A program made the translations under genes and the position numbers. From positions 19,365-83,364 of the forward strand of contig JANOVT010000332.1 of assembly GCA_031417525.1 (NCBI GenBank): a stretch of 64,000 nucleotides of DNA, in the 5' to 3' direction. This document shows positions 29,858 through 40,227 of this stretch, one piece after another (position 1 is the first letter of the stretch; each line of letters begins with the position of its first letter). The stretch is from Flavobacteriales bacterium. GTDB lineage: Bacteria; Bacteroidota; Bacteroidia; Flavobacteriales_D; Sanyastnellaceae. The notes under the pieces were generated by a model, which saw only the letters and a program-made list of their open reading frames with translations, ran no database searches and was not told where the DNA came from.

Positions 29858-29970
29858 GCGCTTACCTGACAAATTTTTCAGAAAAAATCTGCCAATAGCC
29901 CGTGGCACAATTGGTGACTACGGGACGGCACATCAAAATTTTAAATTAACCTTCTAAATAGATCATAAAC

Positions 29971-30258
29971 ATGTCAGTTAATGTAAAACCAATCGCCGGT
30001 TCACAGAATCGTGTAGTTGTAGAACCTGCAGTCGCAGAAACAACCACAGCAAGTGGAATCATCATACCAGATACTGCGAAAGAAAAACCTCAAAGAGGTA
30101 AAGTCATTTCAGTAAGTGCGAAAGACGATAAAGGAAATGCTCCGGAAGTTAAAAGCGGCGACACCATTCTTTATGGCAAATATGCCGGAACTGAAATCAC
30201 AGTTGAAGGCAAAGAATATCTCATTATGAGAGAGTCGGACATCTTCGCGATTATTTAA
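29971..30258 (+). CDS. groES: Co-chaperonin GroES
   Basis: 95 aa. IIIPDTAKEKPQRGKVISVS...GDTILYGKYAGTE is typical of Cpn10. Confidence 0.95.
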   Translation: MSVNVKPIAGSQNRVVVEPAVAETTTASGIIIPDTAKEKPQRGKVISVSAKDDKGNAPEVKSGDTILYGKYAGTEITVEGKEYLIMRESDIFAII

Positions 30259-30325
30259 TGATTTGAACATTTGATGATTGGGAGATTTGAAAATTACCGG
30301 GGATAACCCAACCTGGAGGTTTCAT

Positions 30326-30389
30326 TCAACAAATCAACAAATCAATAACTCAACAAGTCAACAAGTCAACAAATCAATAACTCAACAAA
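30326..30389. repeat. Degenerate 8-nt tandem array, 8 units of TCAAYAAN, ending 7 nt before the groEL ATG
   Basis: Read directly: tcaacaaa tcaacaaa tcaataac tcaacaag tcaacaag tcaacaaa tcaataac tcaacaaa, then taagaac ATG. There are only 3 G in the 71 nt preceding the start codon. Confidence 0.85.
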
Positions 30390-30396
30390 TAAGAAC

Positions 30397-32028
30397 ATGG
30401 CAAAAGAAATAACTTTTGACACCACAGCACGTGAAAAGCTGAAAGCCGGTGTTGATGCAATGGCAAACGCGGTGAAAGTGACATTGGGACCAAAAGGTCG
30501 CAATGTGGTCATCGATAAAAAATTCGGTGCTCCACAAATCACGAAAGATGGAGTTTCAGTTGCAAAAGAAATTGAGCTGAAAGATCCAATCGAAAATATG
30601 GGTGCTCAGATGCTCAAAGAAGTGGCAAGCAAAACTGCGGATATCGCAGGAGACGGAACTACTACAGCAACAGTACTAGCTCAGGCAATCGTAACTTCAG
30701 GTTTGAAGAACGTAGCCAGCGGCGCAAATCCGATGGATTTAAAACGTGGAATGGATAAAGCAGTAGAAGCAATTGTTGCAGAACTGAAAAAGATTTCTAA
30801 AACAGTTGGTAATGACACGGCAAAAATCAAACAAGTGGCATCCATTTCTGCGAACAACGACGACACTATTGGCAGCCTGATTGCGCTTGCAATGGAGAAA
30901 GTCGGAACTGAAGGTGTTATCACAGTTGAAGAAGCAAAAGGAACTGAAACAGAAGTAAAAACGGTTGAAGGAATGCAATTCGATCGTGGATATCTATCAC
31001 CATACTTTGTTACGAATGCAGAGAACATGGAAGTAGAATTGGAGAATGCTTACATCCTGATTTACGATAAAAAAGTAAGCAGCATGAAAGAACTTCTTCC
31101 GGTTCTTGAGAAAGCAGCACAAACCGGTCGTCCATTGTTGATCATCGCAGAAGATGTGGATGGTGAAGCATTGGCGACATTGGTAGTGAATAAAATCCGT
31201 GGCGCACTGAAAGTAGCAGCAGTAAAAGCTCCTGGCTTCGGTGACCGCAGAAAAGCAATGTTGCAAGACATCGCTATTCTGACTGGTGGACAAGTAATCA
31301 GTGAAGAAACTGGTTTGAAACTTGAGAACGCCACACTGGAAGATCTTGGTCGTGCAGAAAAAATCACGATTGACAAAGACAACACTACTGTTGTAAACGG
31401 AGTTGGCAGCAAAGAAGCAATTGCTTCACGCATCTCTGAAATCAAAGCACAAATCGACAAAACAACATCAGACTACGATCGTGAGAAATTGCAGGAACGT
31501 CTTGCGAAACTCGCAGGTGGTGTAGCAGTTCTTTACATCGGTGCAGCAACGGAAGTTGAGATGAAAGAGAAGAAAGACCGTGTAGACGATGCATTGCATG
31601 CAACACGTGCAGCAGTGGAAGAAGGAATTGTTCCGGGTGGAGGAGTTGCTTTGATCCGCGCTTCAAAAGCCCTGGACAAATTGAAAGGACTCAATGAAGA
31701 CGAACAAACAGGTATTGCCATCATTGCACGTTCAATCGAAGAGCCACTTCGCCAGATTGTTGCCAATGCAGGTGGTGAAGGCGCAGTGATTGTAAATAAA
31801 GTACGTGAAGGCAAAGATGATTTCGGTTACAATGCCCGTACGGAAGTTTATGAAAACCTTATCGCTGCAGGTGTTATTGATCCAACGAAAGTGGTGAGAG
31901 TAGCACTAGAGAATGCATCCTCTATCGCAGGAATGTTGTTGACCACTGAATGTGTTATCAGCGACATCAAAGAAGATGCTCCTTCTATGCCTCCAATGGG
32001 TGGCGGCGGAATGGGCGGCATGATGTAA
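30397..32028 (+). CDS. groEL: Chaperonin GroEL
   Basis: 543 aa. Has [12 protein letters not shown] and a C-terminal GGM repeat ([12 protein letters not shown]). Confidence 0.97.
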   Translation: MAKEITFDTTAREKLKAGVDAMANAVKVTLGPKGRNVVIDKKFGAPQITKDGVSVAKEIELKDPIENMGAQMLKEVASKTADIAGDGTTTATVLAQAIVTSGLKNVASGANPMDLKRGMDKAVEAIVAELKKISKTVGNDTAKIKQVASISANNDDTIGSLIALAMEKVGTEGVITVEEAKGTETEVKTVEGMQFDRGYLSPYFVTNAENMEVELENAYILIYDKKVSSMKELLPVLEKAAQTGRPLLIIAEDVDGEALATLVVNKIRGALKVAAVKAPGFGDRRKAMLQDIAILTGGQVISEETGLKLENATLEDLGRAEKITIDKDNTTVVNGVGSKEAIASRISEIKAQIDKTTSDYDREKLQERLAKLAGGVAVLYIGAATEVEMKEKKDRVDDALHATRAAVEEGIVPGGGVALIRASKALDKLKGLNEDEQTGIAIIARSIEEPLRQIVANAGGEGAVIVNKVREGKDDFGYNARTEVYENLIAAGVIDPTKVVRVALENASSIAGMLLTTECVISDIKEDAPSMPPMGGGGMGGMM

Positions 32029-32058
32029 TCATCAGAACATTTTGAATAGAAAATAAAA

Positions 32059-32090
32059 AGCCCTCTGAAGAAATTCAGGGGGCTTCTATT
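32059..32090 (+). terminator. Probable terminator after groEL
   Basis: Imperfect stem agccctctgaa / ttcagggggct followed by a weak T tract (ttctattt). Confidence 0.5.
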
Positions 32091-32127
32091 TGCTGACTAT
32101 TCTTACCCGATACCAATTAACCACCTC

Positions 32128-32994
32128 ATGCAAAGCATTGATCGTTCAGAGGAATTCAGTAAACATTTCAGAAAGCAATCCAACAGCGTGCTTCAAGAAA
32201 TAATTGCCCGCCCTCAAGACTATGATAAGCAGGCAATCGTCGCGGCCGAAGCAGAACTACGTTCCAGAGGTATTGATCCTGCGCAAATCACCATTCTTCC
32301 GATTATAAAAAAATCACAGACCAAAGTCAGTTCACAAGAAGTATTCAAAAATTATTTTCGTAGAATTATTTATCCATCAGAGAACAGGAACTCTTCTCAG
32401 GCACTGGATCAGGCATTTTTAGAATCAGATACAAAATTCAAATCCTGGAAAACAGTTTCGATTTTATGGCTCATTTATTTTGCACTTGACTTAATCGGTA
32501 CCGTACAACTTCTCACTACAACACCAATGCGGAGGTTAACTCTAATCATTGACTTTATTTTAATCATTGGCGCGTTGCTTAGTTGCTTTAAAGTTTGGTC
32601 AATGATTGTATTCATTAAGAAACAAAAAATCGGACTATTATTTTTCGCCTTCAGTCTGTCCCTCACCATAGCCGCCGGATTAATTACTATTGGCAATTTA
32701 TTCGAGTGGCGTGCTGACCTTTCAGGACTTTCAACTTCATTTATAATCATATTTTTATTCAACGTAGCAATACTTTCTGTTGCCATTCTATCTATGCACA
32801 AATTAATCAAGGGTCAATTACCTGGATTGCATGAAACAACCCCGGCTCGTTTGAAAAAACAAGTGATAGTTGCGACCATAGCGTTTCTGCTTTTCTCTTT
32901 CTATTATCACAATGTCAGGTTTTATTTGCACCTTTCATCACCATCACTGGAACGGTCTACAGACGAAGAAGACCTGGAAAAATATTATCGCTGA
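32128..32994 (+). CDS. Hypothetical membrane protein
   Basis: 288 aa with a soluble N-terminal helical segment followed by about 4-5 hydrophobic helices. No recognised family. Confidence 0.55.
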   Translation: MQSIDRSEEFSKHFRKQSNSVLQEIIARPQDYDKQAIVAAEAELRSRGIDPAQITILPIIKKSQTKVSSQEVFKNYFRRIIYPSENRNSSQALDQAFLESDTKFKSWKTVSILWLIYFALDLIGTVQLLTTTPMRRLTLIIDFILIIGALLSCFKVWSMIVFIKKQKIGLLFFAFSLSLTIAAGLITIGNLFEWRADLSGLSTSFIIIFLFNVAILSVAILSMHKLIKGQLPGLHETTPARLKKQVIVATIAFLLFSFYYHNVRFYLHLSSPSLERSTDEEDLEKYYR

Positions 32995-33151
32995 TCATAA
33001 AATATCGGGGACATCAGATCAAAGTGGCCAGATTAGAAAGTCAGGGGAACAAATGCCAAAACTTATTTTCTTAAATCATCGGGCTTTGAAGCGAGGCAGG
33101 GAACACAAAACTTCGCTCCAATCCTTTCACATTCCGGAAGGAATGCTCTCA

Positions 33152-33180
33152 TAAAAAAGCCCCCGTAATATCCGAGGGCT
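33152..33180 (-). terminator. Rho-independent terminator after the 33205-33606 gene
   Basis: On the minus strand, stem agcccucgg/cgggggcu (one G-U pair) with a 6-nt loop, followed by a U6 run. It begins 25 nt after the stop. Confidence 0.65.
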
Positions 33181-33204
33181 ATCCATCTCATAATGTTTCT
33201 GTTT

Positions 33205-33606
33205 CTAATGACACTCCAACGAACTTAATCCCCAGGAATCCGCGAACATACTTTCCGGCATCCCTGAACCAGAAGTAATCTGCTTCAGCAACTCTTCCAT
33301 CCGGATATCTGAATGATTATTATCGTCGAGCACTACATAACCTTTCATATCAAAACTCACATCACTTGCAGCGCCTTGTTTATGAGCATGCACATCAATG
33401 TTGCTCGCGATTAACATGGCCTGAGAAAATGTGACTTCACCATTGTTATCGGTCACACCCTGGCCTATAGCAACATCTCCATGTTTGATGGTAACTTCAT
33501 ACTTGCAAACAGGATTTCCATTGTAGGTCATTTTCAATGACACGTCTGTCTGTGCGAATGCACTTATTGAAACAGAAGCAAAAAAAAGTAGTAGTGTGTT
33601 TTTCAT
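33205..33606 (-). CDS. Small secreted hypothetical protein
   Basis: Start set at ATG 33606 (MKNTLLLFFASVSISAFAQTD), giving a clear signal peptide and 133 aa. The longer ORF-track start at 33684 is unlikely. Confidence 0.55.
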   Translation of the reverse strand: MKNTLLLFFASVSISAFAQTDVSLKMTYNGNPVCKYEVTIKHGDVAIGQGVTDNNGEVTFSQAMLIASNIDVHAHKQGAASDVSFDMKGYVVLDDNNHSDIRMEELLKQITSGSGMPESMFADSWGLSSLECH

Positions 33607-33752
33607 AAAGTTAAATTTTATTGCGCACGAATAAAAATATCGTGCCGTTATGTTTAGACTACAAATATGGCAATTTCCACTCATTATGACTTAGCTCCCT
33701 GAAAACCACAAATCAACTTTGTTTACATTGCCGCTGCATAGCACAAAACACC

Positions 33753-34847
33753 ATGAATGAACCATCAACGATTGAAGACAGAACAAACAGTCCAGGAGCG
33801 AGACCTCTAAAAATTTCATTCTTCAAAGCGCTTATTGTTGTCGTACTCATTTCATTCCTGCTCTATTTCGGGAAAGCACTTTTTATTCCATTATCATTTG
33901 CCTTACTAATAAGTTGCATCCTGCATCCTTTCAGCAGATGGCTGGAAAAAAAGGGCATTTCTCCGGTGATTTCAATTGCAATTTCCATGATGTTCATCGT
34001 ACTACTATTCGCCGGTATGGCCACTTTACTCACGTGGCAAATTCTTCAATTCGCGAATGAATGGCCTCTGATTCAGGCCAAATTCACTTCGGCTGCAAAC
34101 GATTTTTCCGTTTTTCTGACTCAACATCTGAACATCAGCATTGCAGATCAGGAAAGTTGGTGGGACAATTTTTCCGACAATACCGGAACACAGATGATAC
34201 CCATACTAAGCACAACTATTGGGTCCATTACTTTGTTTTCAGTCTTTGTCGTTCTTGTTCCGATCATGTCTGCATTGATTCTTTACTACCGCACAGAACT
34301 ATTTGAAGCACTGCACAACTTCATCCCAGGCACGCCTGTCTACAAATTAAAAGATATACTGCACGACACCATATCGACCTACTACAATTTCATAAAAGGA
34401 ATGCTTGTAGTTTATCTTGTCGTTGGAATTTTGAATAGCGTCGGATTGCTGATACTTGGCGTTCCCCATGCGTTTCTTTTTGGATTTATTGCCGCGATCC
34501 TCACATTCATTCCATACGTCGGGATCATCATCGGTGCAATCTTGCCTATGGTGGTGGCCTGGATCACTTACAACTCACTCTGGTACCCTGCAGGCGTAAT
34601 CATCATATTCACCATTGTCCAATACCTCGAAGCGAATCTCATTTTCCCATGGGCAGTCAGCAATAAACTTCAGATCAATACACTGGCAACAATCGTGGTG
34701 ATTTTGGTTGGCGGAATTATCTGGGGAAGTGCCGGGATGATTTTATTTATTCCTTATCTAGGCATATTAAAACTTCTGGCCGACAGAACAGAAGGACATC
34801 GCGGCATTTCGTTGCTTCTTGGAACTAAAACAAAAAATAAAAAATAG
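33753..34847 (+). CDS. AI-2E family transporter (PerM/UPF0118)
   Basis: 364 aa with about 8 TM helices. The FIPYVG...P...W region is characteristic of the family. Confidence 0.75.
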   Translation: MNEPSTIEDRTNSPGARPLKISFFKALIVVVLISFLLYFGKALFIPLSFALLISCILHPFSRWLEKKGISPVISIAISMMFIVLLFAGMATLLTWQILQFANEWPLIQAKFTSAANDFSVFLTQHLNISIADQESWWDNFSDNTGTQMIPILSTTIGSITLFSVFVVLVPIMSALILYYRTELFEALHNFIPGTPVYKLKDILHDTISTYYNFIKGMLVVYLVVGILNSVGLLILGVPHAFLFGFIAAILTFIPYVGIIIGAILPMVVAWITYNSLWYPAGVIIIFTIVQYLEANLIFPWAVSNKLQINTLATIVVILVGGIIWGSAGMILFIPYLGILKLLADRTEGHRGISLLLGTKTKNKK

Positions 34848-35011
34848 CGCGTGATCAAACCTCGTCATTCTGATTTTTATCGTTTTCTCCGATTCCGATT
34901 ATTCACTCTTACGCAGGTTAATCAGAGCTAAATAATCGATACACCGGAAGACTGATAACCGTCATGTTTGAGAAAGAAATGCCTGATAAAAGAATCGGCA
35001 ACGGAAGCCCT

Positions 35012-35536
35012 TCATTTCAAAAAATCAGACAAGCCATCGAGATAAACCTGTCCCCTCTTCTCTGCAAAGAAATCCAGAATAAGACTGATGAAGGCCTGAA
35101 TTGTGAGTGCAAATCCGAACCCATACCAGAACACCGACTCCGAAGAATTTCTGAAAACAAAACATAAAATGGCCCCAATCAGAAATAGAATAATTTCTAT
35201 GTTTCGAATAATGACAACACTTTTCATCACCGCAATCATGCGGGGAATTTCTTCGTTTTTTAGCTTTGCCGGATTCATATCGTAGGAATAAACCATCTCA
35301 GTTCGTTGAGAATCACTCTTTCGATAAACATTTATACCTACAACAATCTGAATGATTCCAATAACAATCAACGGAATCAACATTCCTTTCGCTAGAGAAT
35401 TTTTCAAATACACAAAAACAATTACGGCCATGATAACGGCCAAAGCACCTATGATCATGAAGAAGAGGCTTTCACTCTTCTCGGCAAAAAAGTACTTTTC
35501 AATATTCGATTTGGAGAACATTATACGAAAGTACAA
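35012..35536 (-). CDS. Hypothetical membrane protein
   Basis: 174 aa with four hydrophobic helices. No recognised family. Confidence 0.5.
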   Translation of the reverse strand: MYFRIMFSKSNIEKYFFAEKSESLFFMIIGALAVIMAVIVFVYLKNSLAKGMLIPLIVIGIIQIVVGINVYRKSDSQRTEMVYSYDMNPAKLKNEEIPRMIAVMKSVVIIRNIEIILFLIGAILCFVFRNSSESVFWYGFGFALTIQAFISLILDFFAEKRGQVYLDGLSDFLK

Positions 35537-35652
35537 CGGAACGAAGTATGACTAAACAGAGCTAATATCAGATCGATTGAATCGGACAATCTCAACAACA
35601 TTGTCCTACATAGTAGACTATTTTTTAATATTGCAGATAATAAATTCATACC

Positions 35653-36108
35653 ATGACACTTACAGAGCGCATCAACGAAGACATCAAGAGTGCAATGAAA
35701 TCAGGAGAAAAAGATAAACTGATGGCGTTGCGTGATATCAAAAGTAAACTCCTTTTGGAGATGACTAAAGGCGGAACAGATGGAGAAGTCGACGATGCAC
35801 GTGGCATTGCCATTCTCAATAAACTGTACAAACAGCGCATGGAATCCATTGATATCTATCGCACCCAGGGCCGACAGGATCTGATCGATGAAGAAACAAA
35901 ACAGGCCGATGTTATTTCAGCGTATCTGCCAGCTCAATTGACCGGTGAAAAATTAGAAAGTGAAATCCGACAAATAATCGCATCAACCGGTGCCAATGGT
36001 CTTGGGGATCTTGGTAAAGTAATGGGTTCGGCAACAAAAGCTTTGGCAGGCAAGGCCGATGGCAAGGCCATCTCCGAGCTCGTTAAGAAATTACTTTCGG
36101 GTAACTGA
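35653..36108 (+). CDS. GatB/YqeY domain protein
   Basis: 151 aa. The MTLTERINEDIKSAMKSGEKDKLMALRDIKS start is typical of YqeY. Confidence 0.85.
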   Translation: MTLTERINEDIKSAMKSGEKDKLMALRDIKSKLLLEMTKGGTDGEVDDARGIAILNKLYKQRMESIDIYRTQGRQDLIDEETKQADVISAYLPAQLTGEKLESEIRQIIASTGANGLGDLGKVMGSATKALAGKADGKAISELVKKLLSGN

Positions 36109-36110
36109 AA

Positions 36111-36539
36111 ATGAAATCCTCTGCTAAGGCGAAAAAGTTGATTCAAATCGGCAGACATGTCATTATTGACTTGCCGGAATTGAATTCCTTCAATGTTGAA
36201 GCAAAAGTGGATACCGGCGCATTTCGGACAGTAATTCATTGTAATGCATGGAAGGAAGTAACTATTGATGGAGAAAATTTTTTACAGGCAACATTTGATT
36301 TAAACAACGAAGGACCAAAAACAATTCTCTTCAGAGACTATTTCCAAAAAGAGTTCAAAAGTTCATTTGGTGAACGAGAAAAACGATATTGCGTAAAAAC
36401 CACGATTAGGATTGGCAAGAAAAAAATCCGGAGTAGTGTATCCATAACAGACAGGTCAGACATGCGCTTTCAAGTGCTATTAGGAAGAAAAACACTCCTT
36501 CGAAAATTTCTGGTGGATGTCAGTCAAAAGTTCGCGTAA
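36111..36539 (+). CDS. Retropepsin-like 'putative ATP-dependent zinc protease' (DUF785/RimB-like)
   Basis: 142 aa. IGRHVIIDLPELN...AKVDTGAFRTVIHC...RFQVLLGRKTL fits the family pattern. Confidence 0.65.
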   Translation: MKSSAKAKKLIQIGRHVIIDLPELNSFNVEAKVDTGAFRTVIHCNAWKEVTIDGENFLQATFDLNNEGPKTILFRDYFQKEFKSSFGEREKRYCVKTTIRIGKKKIRSSVSITDRSDMRFQVLLGRKTLLRKFLVDVSQKFA

Positions 36540-36545
36540 GACACA

Positions 36546-38327
36546 TCATATTCGCACACCGATGACAAGAACATCATCAATCTGTTCGATTTCACCTTTC
36601 CACATATCAAGTGATCTGGCAAATTCAACTTTCTGTTGTTCCATGGGCAGGCGATGATGTTGTAATAACATCATTCGGAATTGTTTCCGCATAAACTTTT
36701 TGCCTCTTGGCCCACCAAATTGATCGGCAAAACCATCACTGAAAAGGTAGATACAATCACCCTTGTGCAATTTCATAGAATGATTAGTGAACTCCCTTTC
36801 ACCATTGATATATGTTCCAATACTAAAGGGGTCGCTTTCAATTTCGATCAGTTCATCGTTGCGAATAATGTATGCGGGATTGTGAGCACCGCTGAATTCA
36901 AGCTCAAGTGAATCTGAATCGATGCAACATAGTGAAATGTCCATTCCATCCTTCATGAAATGTTCGCCACTATCAGCCCGCATCGCCTCTGCAGAAAGTC
37001 GGTTGGCACTATTTAATACCTGAGAAGGTTTGCTGTAAACTTTAGTCGCTTGATTAAGCACGTTGTAACCTACCAGACTCATAAATGCACCGGGAACGCC
37101 ATGGCCAGTACAATCAGCCGCTGCAAAAAGTTTTTTATTCCCTTTGGCAACAAACCAATAGAAATCACCACTGACAGTAGCTTTAGGGCGAAAGAAAACA
37201 AAAGAATCAGGAAACATATTCTTGATCAGATTGTCGTTTGGCAATATTGTTTCCTGCAATCTTTGGGCGTAATCAATACTGGATTGCAGGTCCGTATACA
37301 ATTCCAAAGCACGTTCCCTTTCCGCTTCCACTTCTTCCTTCCTTTTAGTGAGTTCCAAAGTCTGCAGATTCACTTTTTCCTCCATTTCATGATGATAAGA
37401 GGCCAGATCATCACGCATTCGAAGTAAAGCCTTTCCCATTTCATCGTGCTCAGACAGTGGACTAAAAGGAACATCGAAATTACCTGCTCCCACATTGAGT
37501 GCGAACTCCTTTGTCTTATCAAAATTCGCAACAAGTCTATTCACCGCTTGCGCCATATCCCCAATTTCATCATTGCCTGCTTTTGTGTTGTGGAGTGAAT
37601 AAATGCCCAGTGATAAATTCGACATTCTTTTCTTCAGCGAATTGACCGGCCGCACAATCGATCTGGAAGTAAGCACTCCGATAACAATACCAGCAAACAA
37701 AACTCCGATCGCAATATTCACGAGCAACATGCGTAGTTTTTCAAACGATCTGTTCATCATGGAAATTTCAGACGTCATCGTATCTCGTTGCGCTGAATTC
37801 ATCGCCTGCAGTTTTCTTCTTGAAGTTTCGAGTGCAGTCGGTATTGTACCGCCTTCAATAAAATAACCATCCGCTGTCATCTGATTAATGGGATCATTGT
37901 AGCTATTGAAGTCAGGCAGTGCCTTTCTGATTTGTTCATAAGCGATCAATAATTCTCGGATACTAATGAATAACTCTTGTTTGTTCTTCACCTGTTCTTC
38001 CGGCCAGAGTAAAGAATAAGCATTGATTTTCTTTAGTTGTTCGGGGATTGTTTTTTCACATAGACTGATCGCTTCGGTTCGTTCATGATCATCCTCACGA
38101 CGCTGCACATAAGCCCACTGCTTCATCAATTGCTGCGCATGAATAAGCTGGTTATCCAGTTCTTCAAGAATTTTTACAGAAGGAGCGTAAACATCATTGA
38201 TTTTGCGATTGGTTTCCCTGCTCTCAGAAAGAGTATTGTTGGTGAAATAGAATACAACGGCAACAACGACGATGAAGAGGCCAAAACCTACACCAATTTT
38301 TCTAGATATGGAAAAGCGTAATGGCAA
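36546..38327 (-). CDS. Membrane sensor phosphatase: periplasmic helical domain - TM - HAMP - coiled coil - PP2C/SpoIIE
   Basis: 593 aa with a TTG start. TM1 is GFGLFIVVVAVVFYF, followed by about 170 aa outside the membrane and TM2 IAIGVLFAGIVIGVL. HAMP is RSIVRPVNSLKKRM.... The C-terminal PP2C motifs are SGDFYWF, ADCTGHGVPGA, LFSDGF and DDVLVIGVRI. Confidence 0.85.
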   Translation of the reverse strand: MPLRFSISRKIGVGFGLFIVVVAVVFYFTNNTLSESRETNRKINDVYAPSVKILEELDNQLIHAQQLMKQWAYVQRREDDHERTEAISLCEKTIPEQLKKINAYSLLWPEEQVKNKQELFISIRELLIAYEQIRKALPDFNSYNDPINQMTADGYFIEGGTIPTALETSRRKLQAMNSAQRDTMTSEISMMNRSFEKLRMLLVNIAIGVLFAGIVIGVLTSRSIVRPVNSLKKRMSNLSLGIYSLHNTKAGNDEIGDMAQAVNRLVANFDKTKEFALNVGAGNFDVPFSPLSEHDEMGKALLRMRDDLASYHHEMEEKVNLQTLELTKRKEEVEAERERALELYTDLQSSIDYAQRLQETILPNDNLIKNMFPDSFVFFRPKATVSGDFYWFVAKGNKKLFAAADCTGHGVPGAFMSLVGYNVLNQATKVYSKPSQVLNSANRLSAEAMRADSGEHFMKDGMDISLCCIDSDSLELEFSGAHNPAYIIRNDELIEIESDPFSIGTYINGEREFTNHSMKLHKGDCIYLFSDGFADQFGGPRGKKFMRKQFRMMLLQHHRLPMEQQKVEFARSLDMWKGEIEQIDDVLVIGVRI

Positions 38328-38337
38328 AATTGAACTA

Positions 38338-39252
38338 CTAATGCTTAGTTTGGTTTTGGAGAATTAATGAATTCAGTTTTTTCTCATACGATAGTGTTTT
38401 CAAGCTGTCCTGTTGAAAACGATAGATATTGAGAAGAGCTGTTTTAATCTCCACACTTTGATCACAGATGGTTTCAGCATTCAACAGGCACGACAAAGCG
38501 AGTGTTTGGTTTTGAGAAATTTCATCACGACTCCAACAGGCAGGAGTAACATTGTTAGAATTGAATCCGATACCAAAATAAACCACAGCAAGATTGTATT
38601 GTGTTGCACAATCAGTCGGATCAATGAGAATTGCCTCAGAAAGGTGATGAATGGCAGACTGTGCAAAATTTGTGTTGCATTCGTCTTCCTTCCATAGCTG
38701 AATGTAGCGCTCACCTTTTGCCCGATGAAATGCCATTTGTGATTGCATTATATTTTGTGCTAAGTTCAATTCATTCATCAAAACAACATATTTGGAAAAA
38801 AGCAGATCGGCCATTTGCAGATCGAAACTATTCTCGTTGTCTATTACCATAAGAGCGTCATTAAAATAAGTAGCAGCAAGGTATTTCAGAGCGGCATCAT
38901 TATTCGAATTTGCAGATTGATCGCTGAGGCCTTTTGCCTTCAGAAAAGATTCAACTGCAATTTCACGGTTGTGATCAAGAACACCAGTAGCAGGATTCGT
39001 TTTATATGCTTCCTTGTAAATAAACCCCCTGATATACCAGGTATACACTTCGTTGACTTCATTCTCCTGTTGGATTGCACGCTCAATTTCCAGAATAGCA
39101 AGATCATAGTTTTTCTCCTGGCAATATCGAGCGGCAACAACAGAATATTTCTGATGAGTGGAATCTTGTTGTGCAAAGCAAGGATGAGCATGACCGAAAA
39201 CGAAGCAAGACATCACGAGCGATACAATGCGCAATTTCAACGAAATTGACAT
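38338..39252 (-). CDS. Exported all-helical (TPR-like) protein, paralog B
   Basis: Signal peptide from ATG 39252 (MSISLKLRIVSLVMSCFVFGHAHPCFAQQ). Shares blocks with the upstream paralog (ARYCQEKNYD / ARLCQEKQFD; WYIRGFIYKEAYK / WYVDGFIHKEMYK; REIAVESF / REMAVESF; YFNDALM / YYNDALM). Confidence 0.7.
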   Translation of the reverse strand: MSISLKLRIVSLVMSCFVFGHAHPCFAQQDSTHQKYSVVAARYCQEKNYDLAILEIERAIQQENEVNEVYTWYIRGFIYKEAYKTNPATGVLDHNREIAVESFLKAKGLSDQSANSNNDAALKYLAATYFNDALMVIDNENSFDLQMADLLFSKYVVLMNELNLAQNIMQSQMAFHRAKGERYIQLWKEDECNTNFAQSAIHHLSEAILIDPTDCATQYNLAVVYFGIGFNSNNVTPACWSRDEISQNQTLALSCLLNAETICDQSVEIKTALLNIYRFQQDSLKTLSYEKKLNSLILQNQTKH

Positions 39253-39306
39253 CCCATGTTTCCATCTATAAACAAAAAAATTCATTACACGTGAACGATC
39301 TGAAAT

Positions 39307-40227
39307 TTACTTTTCCGGCTGAACAATTTTGCCTTCTGAAATCAGTCGTTCAATTTCTCCCTTAAAATATTCTACATCATTTTCATGTTCGAGTGCACGA
39401 TGGATATACATCAGTCCCCGAACCACGTCGCCATTTTCCGGATTGAGTTTATATGCTTTCTGCATATTGATCAAAGCTTTATTTTTGATCAGCTCCGCGC
39501 ATTCCTGTTGTGTTACAATCAAATCAAAAATATCGGTGTCCGGACCTATTTTTCTATACTTAAACACGGCCTTGTTATAGTAGATAACAGCGATGTTATA
39601 ATACGAATCGCTGTCTGTTGAGTCTAATCTTACTACATCATAATAAGATCCGGTGGCCTTATCCGCAGCAACCTCATTTTCGATATCCATTTGCCACAAT
39701 TGGAAATAACGTTGTCCCATGCTTTTGCTGAATTCATTGTCAAACTTTTTCAGACTGGTTCCGGGCTCCGCAACATGAATGAGTTTTCTGAATTTTTTGA
39801 ATAACATCTCAGGATCGCTATCGTTGCTGAGATCAAATTCACGCGTTTGCATCAGTGCATCATTGTAGTAAGAAGAAGCCAAAAATTTCAGACTCAATTT
39901 CGTCATCGCAGCATGTTGATTCTGTTTATCCATTTCCAGCGATTTGATGAAGGACTCCACGGCCATTTCTCGTTGAATGCTGCTGCGGTTGCCACTCTCA
40001 TTTTGCTTGTACATTTCTTTGTGAATAAAACCATCCACATACCATAAGTAAGGATTATCACCTTCCAGCTTAGTCTCCTTTGCTTCCTTGATTTTAGAAA
40101 GCGCTTTATCAAACTGTTTCTCCTGACATAACCTAGCGGCTTCATTGGTCAGGGGCAATTCCTGCGCATTCATAGAAAGCGCAGAAAGAATTATGCTCAG
40201 CATAAAAATGACATGTGCTTTAATCAT
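39307..40227 (-). CDS. Exported all-helical (TPR-like) protein, paralog A
   Basis: Start set at ATG 40227 (MIKAHVIFMLSIILSALSMNAQE), which forms an ATGA overlap with the stop of the YfiR-like gene. Paralogous to 38338-39252. Confidence 0.7.
   Translation of the reverse strand: MIKAHVIFMLSIILSALSMNAQELPLTNEAARLCQEKQFDKALSKIKEAKETKLEGDNPYLWYVDGFIHKEMYKQNESGNRSSIQREMAVESFIKSLEMDKQNQHAAMTKLSLKFLASSYYNDALMQTREFDLSNDSDPEMLFKKFRKLIHVAEPGTSLKKFDNEFSKSMGQRYFQLWQMDIENEVAADKATGSYYDVVRLDSTDSDSYYNIAVIYYNKAVFKYRKIGPDTDIFDLIVTQQECAELIKNKALINMQKAYKLNPENGDVVRGLMYIHRALEHENDVEYFKGEIERLISEGKIVQPEK

Noticed and set aside
29903-29917. TGGCAC motif upstream of groES, near a sigma-54 activator gene
   Set aside because: Only the -24 half-site is present. 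The following TTGG lies at the wrong spacing for a -12 element. I also found no CIRCE inverted repeat (TTAGCACTC-N9-GAGTGCTAA) upstream of groES.
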